This document shows, in pieces, positions 62,731 to 64,000 of a stretch of DNA of 64,000 nt (position 1 is its first letter; each line of letters starts with the position of its first letter). The notes under the pieces are model-generated. The model searched no databases. It saw only the letters and a program-made list of their open reading frames with translations, and had not been told where the DNA came from. The translations under genes were made by a program, and so were the position numbers. The stretch comes from Octopus bimaculoides (Eukaryota): contig NC_068998.1 of the NCBI RefSeq assembly GCF_001194135.2, positions 16,504,258-16,568,257 of the forward strand. The letters are read 5' to 3'.

Positions 62731-63964
62731 GTTGTTGTTGTTGTTGGCACTCTGTCGCTTACGATGTCGAGGGTTCCAGTTGATCCGATCAACGGAACAG
62801 CCTGCTTGTGAAATTAACATGCAAGTGGGTGAGCACTCCACAGACACGTGTACCCTTAATGTAGTTCTCGGGGATATTCAGCGTGACACAGTAATTTTAG
62901 GGGGAGGGGATAAGTTGATTGCATCTATCACAGGACATGACTGGTATTTATTTTATCTATCCTGCAGGGATGAGAAGCAAAGCTAACCCTGGTAGGATCT
63001 GATTACAGAATGTAAAGACCCAGGACAAATGCTGCAAAGCAGTTTTTACTGACTCTTTAACATTTCAGCTGGTTCACCACAAAAAAAAAAAATAATAATA
63101 ATAATAATAATAATAATTGTTAAAATATGCACACGGTTAGAAATTTGGGGGTAGGAAACAATCAATTATATTGATCTCAGTAAATGATTGGTATATTATT
63201 TGGTCAACACTGGAGGTACAAAAAAAAAAGAAAAAAAAAAGAAGCTGATTTTGGTGGGATGTGAACAGAGAAGTAACACACCAGAGCAAATGTTGCAAGG
63301 CAAGTTTGTCTGATGCTTTGCTGATTCTGCCAATCTGCTGTCCTAATATTAATAGTTGTAGCAATAATAATAATAATAATAATAATGGTTTCAAATTTTG
63401 GCTCAAGGCCAGCAGTTTCAGGGATGGGGGAAAGTCAATTACATCAACCAACCCCAGTGATCAACTAGTACTTATTAATATCAACCTCAAAAGGATGAAA
63501 GGTAAAGCTGACCTTGGTGGAATTTGAACTCAGAGCGGAAACACATATGAAATGCCACTAAGCATTTTGACCAGCTTGCTAATGATTCTGCCAGCTTACC
63601 ACTTTAATAATAATAATAATAATAATAATAATGATGATGATGATGATGATAACAGAAGTAAAAATAATTTTTCTTTTTTTTACATTGGCACAAGGTCATA
63701 AATTTAGTAGAGGAAGTATATAGTTGATTGAATGGATCCCAGTATTGTTACAGACACTTACTTAATAAAGTCTAAAGAAATAAAAGTTGATCAGAGCAAA
63801 TTGCAGTAGAAGTAACAACCTTGAAAAATATTGTTCATATATTTTAAAAACTTAAACAGCTGGTGTAATTTCTTATAGTTAATAGTGGAGATTTCTGACA
63901 TAAAACAGATGGAAAAAAAAAAGGTATGTAATTAATATTTTAAAGAAAAGTCTTCCATGTACAT

Positions 63965-63996
<32 letters not shown>

Positions 63997-64000
63997 TATA

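Noticed and set aside
63752-63885. Minus-strand segment with good-looking acceptor and GTAAGT donor
   Set aside because: All three frames contain stops and the donor lies in a decayed family C SINE.

Overview
Eukaryotic, AT-rich, microsatellite- and SINE-dense draft genomic DNA with N gaps. The repeat repertoire looks like octopus (coleoid cephalopod); this is recognition, not a database result. The one gene I can fully support is a 9-coding-exon cytosolic aspartate aminotransferase (GOT1) on the + strand, CDS 14030-37489, 1215 nt / 404 aa, with all PLP-site residues intact and probably an extra intron in the 3' UTR. There is weaker evidence for a divergent minus-strand gene sharing the GOT1 promoter, an orphan + strand terminal exon near 3.7 kb, and minus-strand micro-exons at 52-55 kb. 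The rest is transposon debris: several modular tRNA-derived SINE families, R4/Dong and RTE non-LTR fragments, mariner remnants, a Gypsy integrase scrap, Penelope-like pLTR remnants with a hammerhead-ribozyme motif, Helentron-type HINEs, and hAT, piggyBac and pogo-type MITEs. The most unusual items are (i) a ~730-bp inverted duplication bracketing the GOT1 promoter/exon 1 and carrying a candidate first exon of the divergent gene, (ii) three long near-perfect hairpins, (iii) the hammerhead motif, and (iv) tandem Dong elements joined at a (TAA)n tract. Almost all long ORFs in the supplied track are microsatellite or N-gap artefacts. No CRISPR, rRNA or true tRNA genes were seen.
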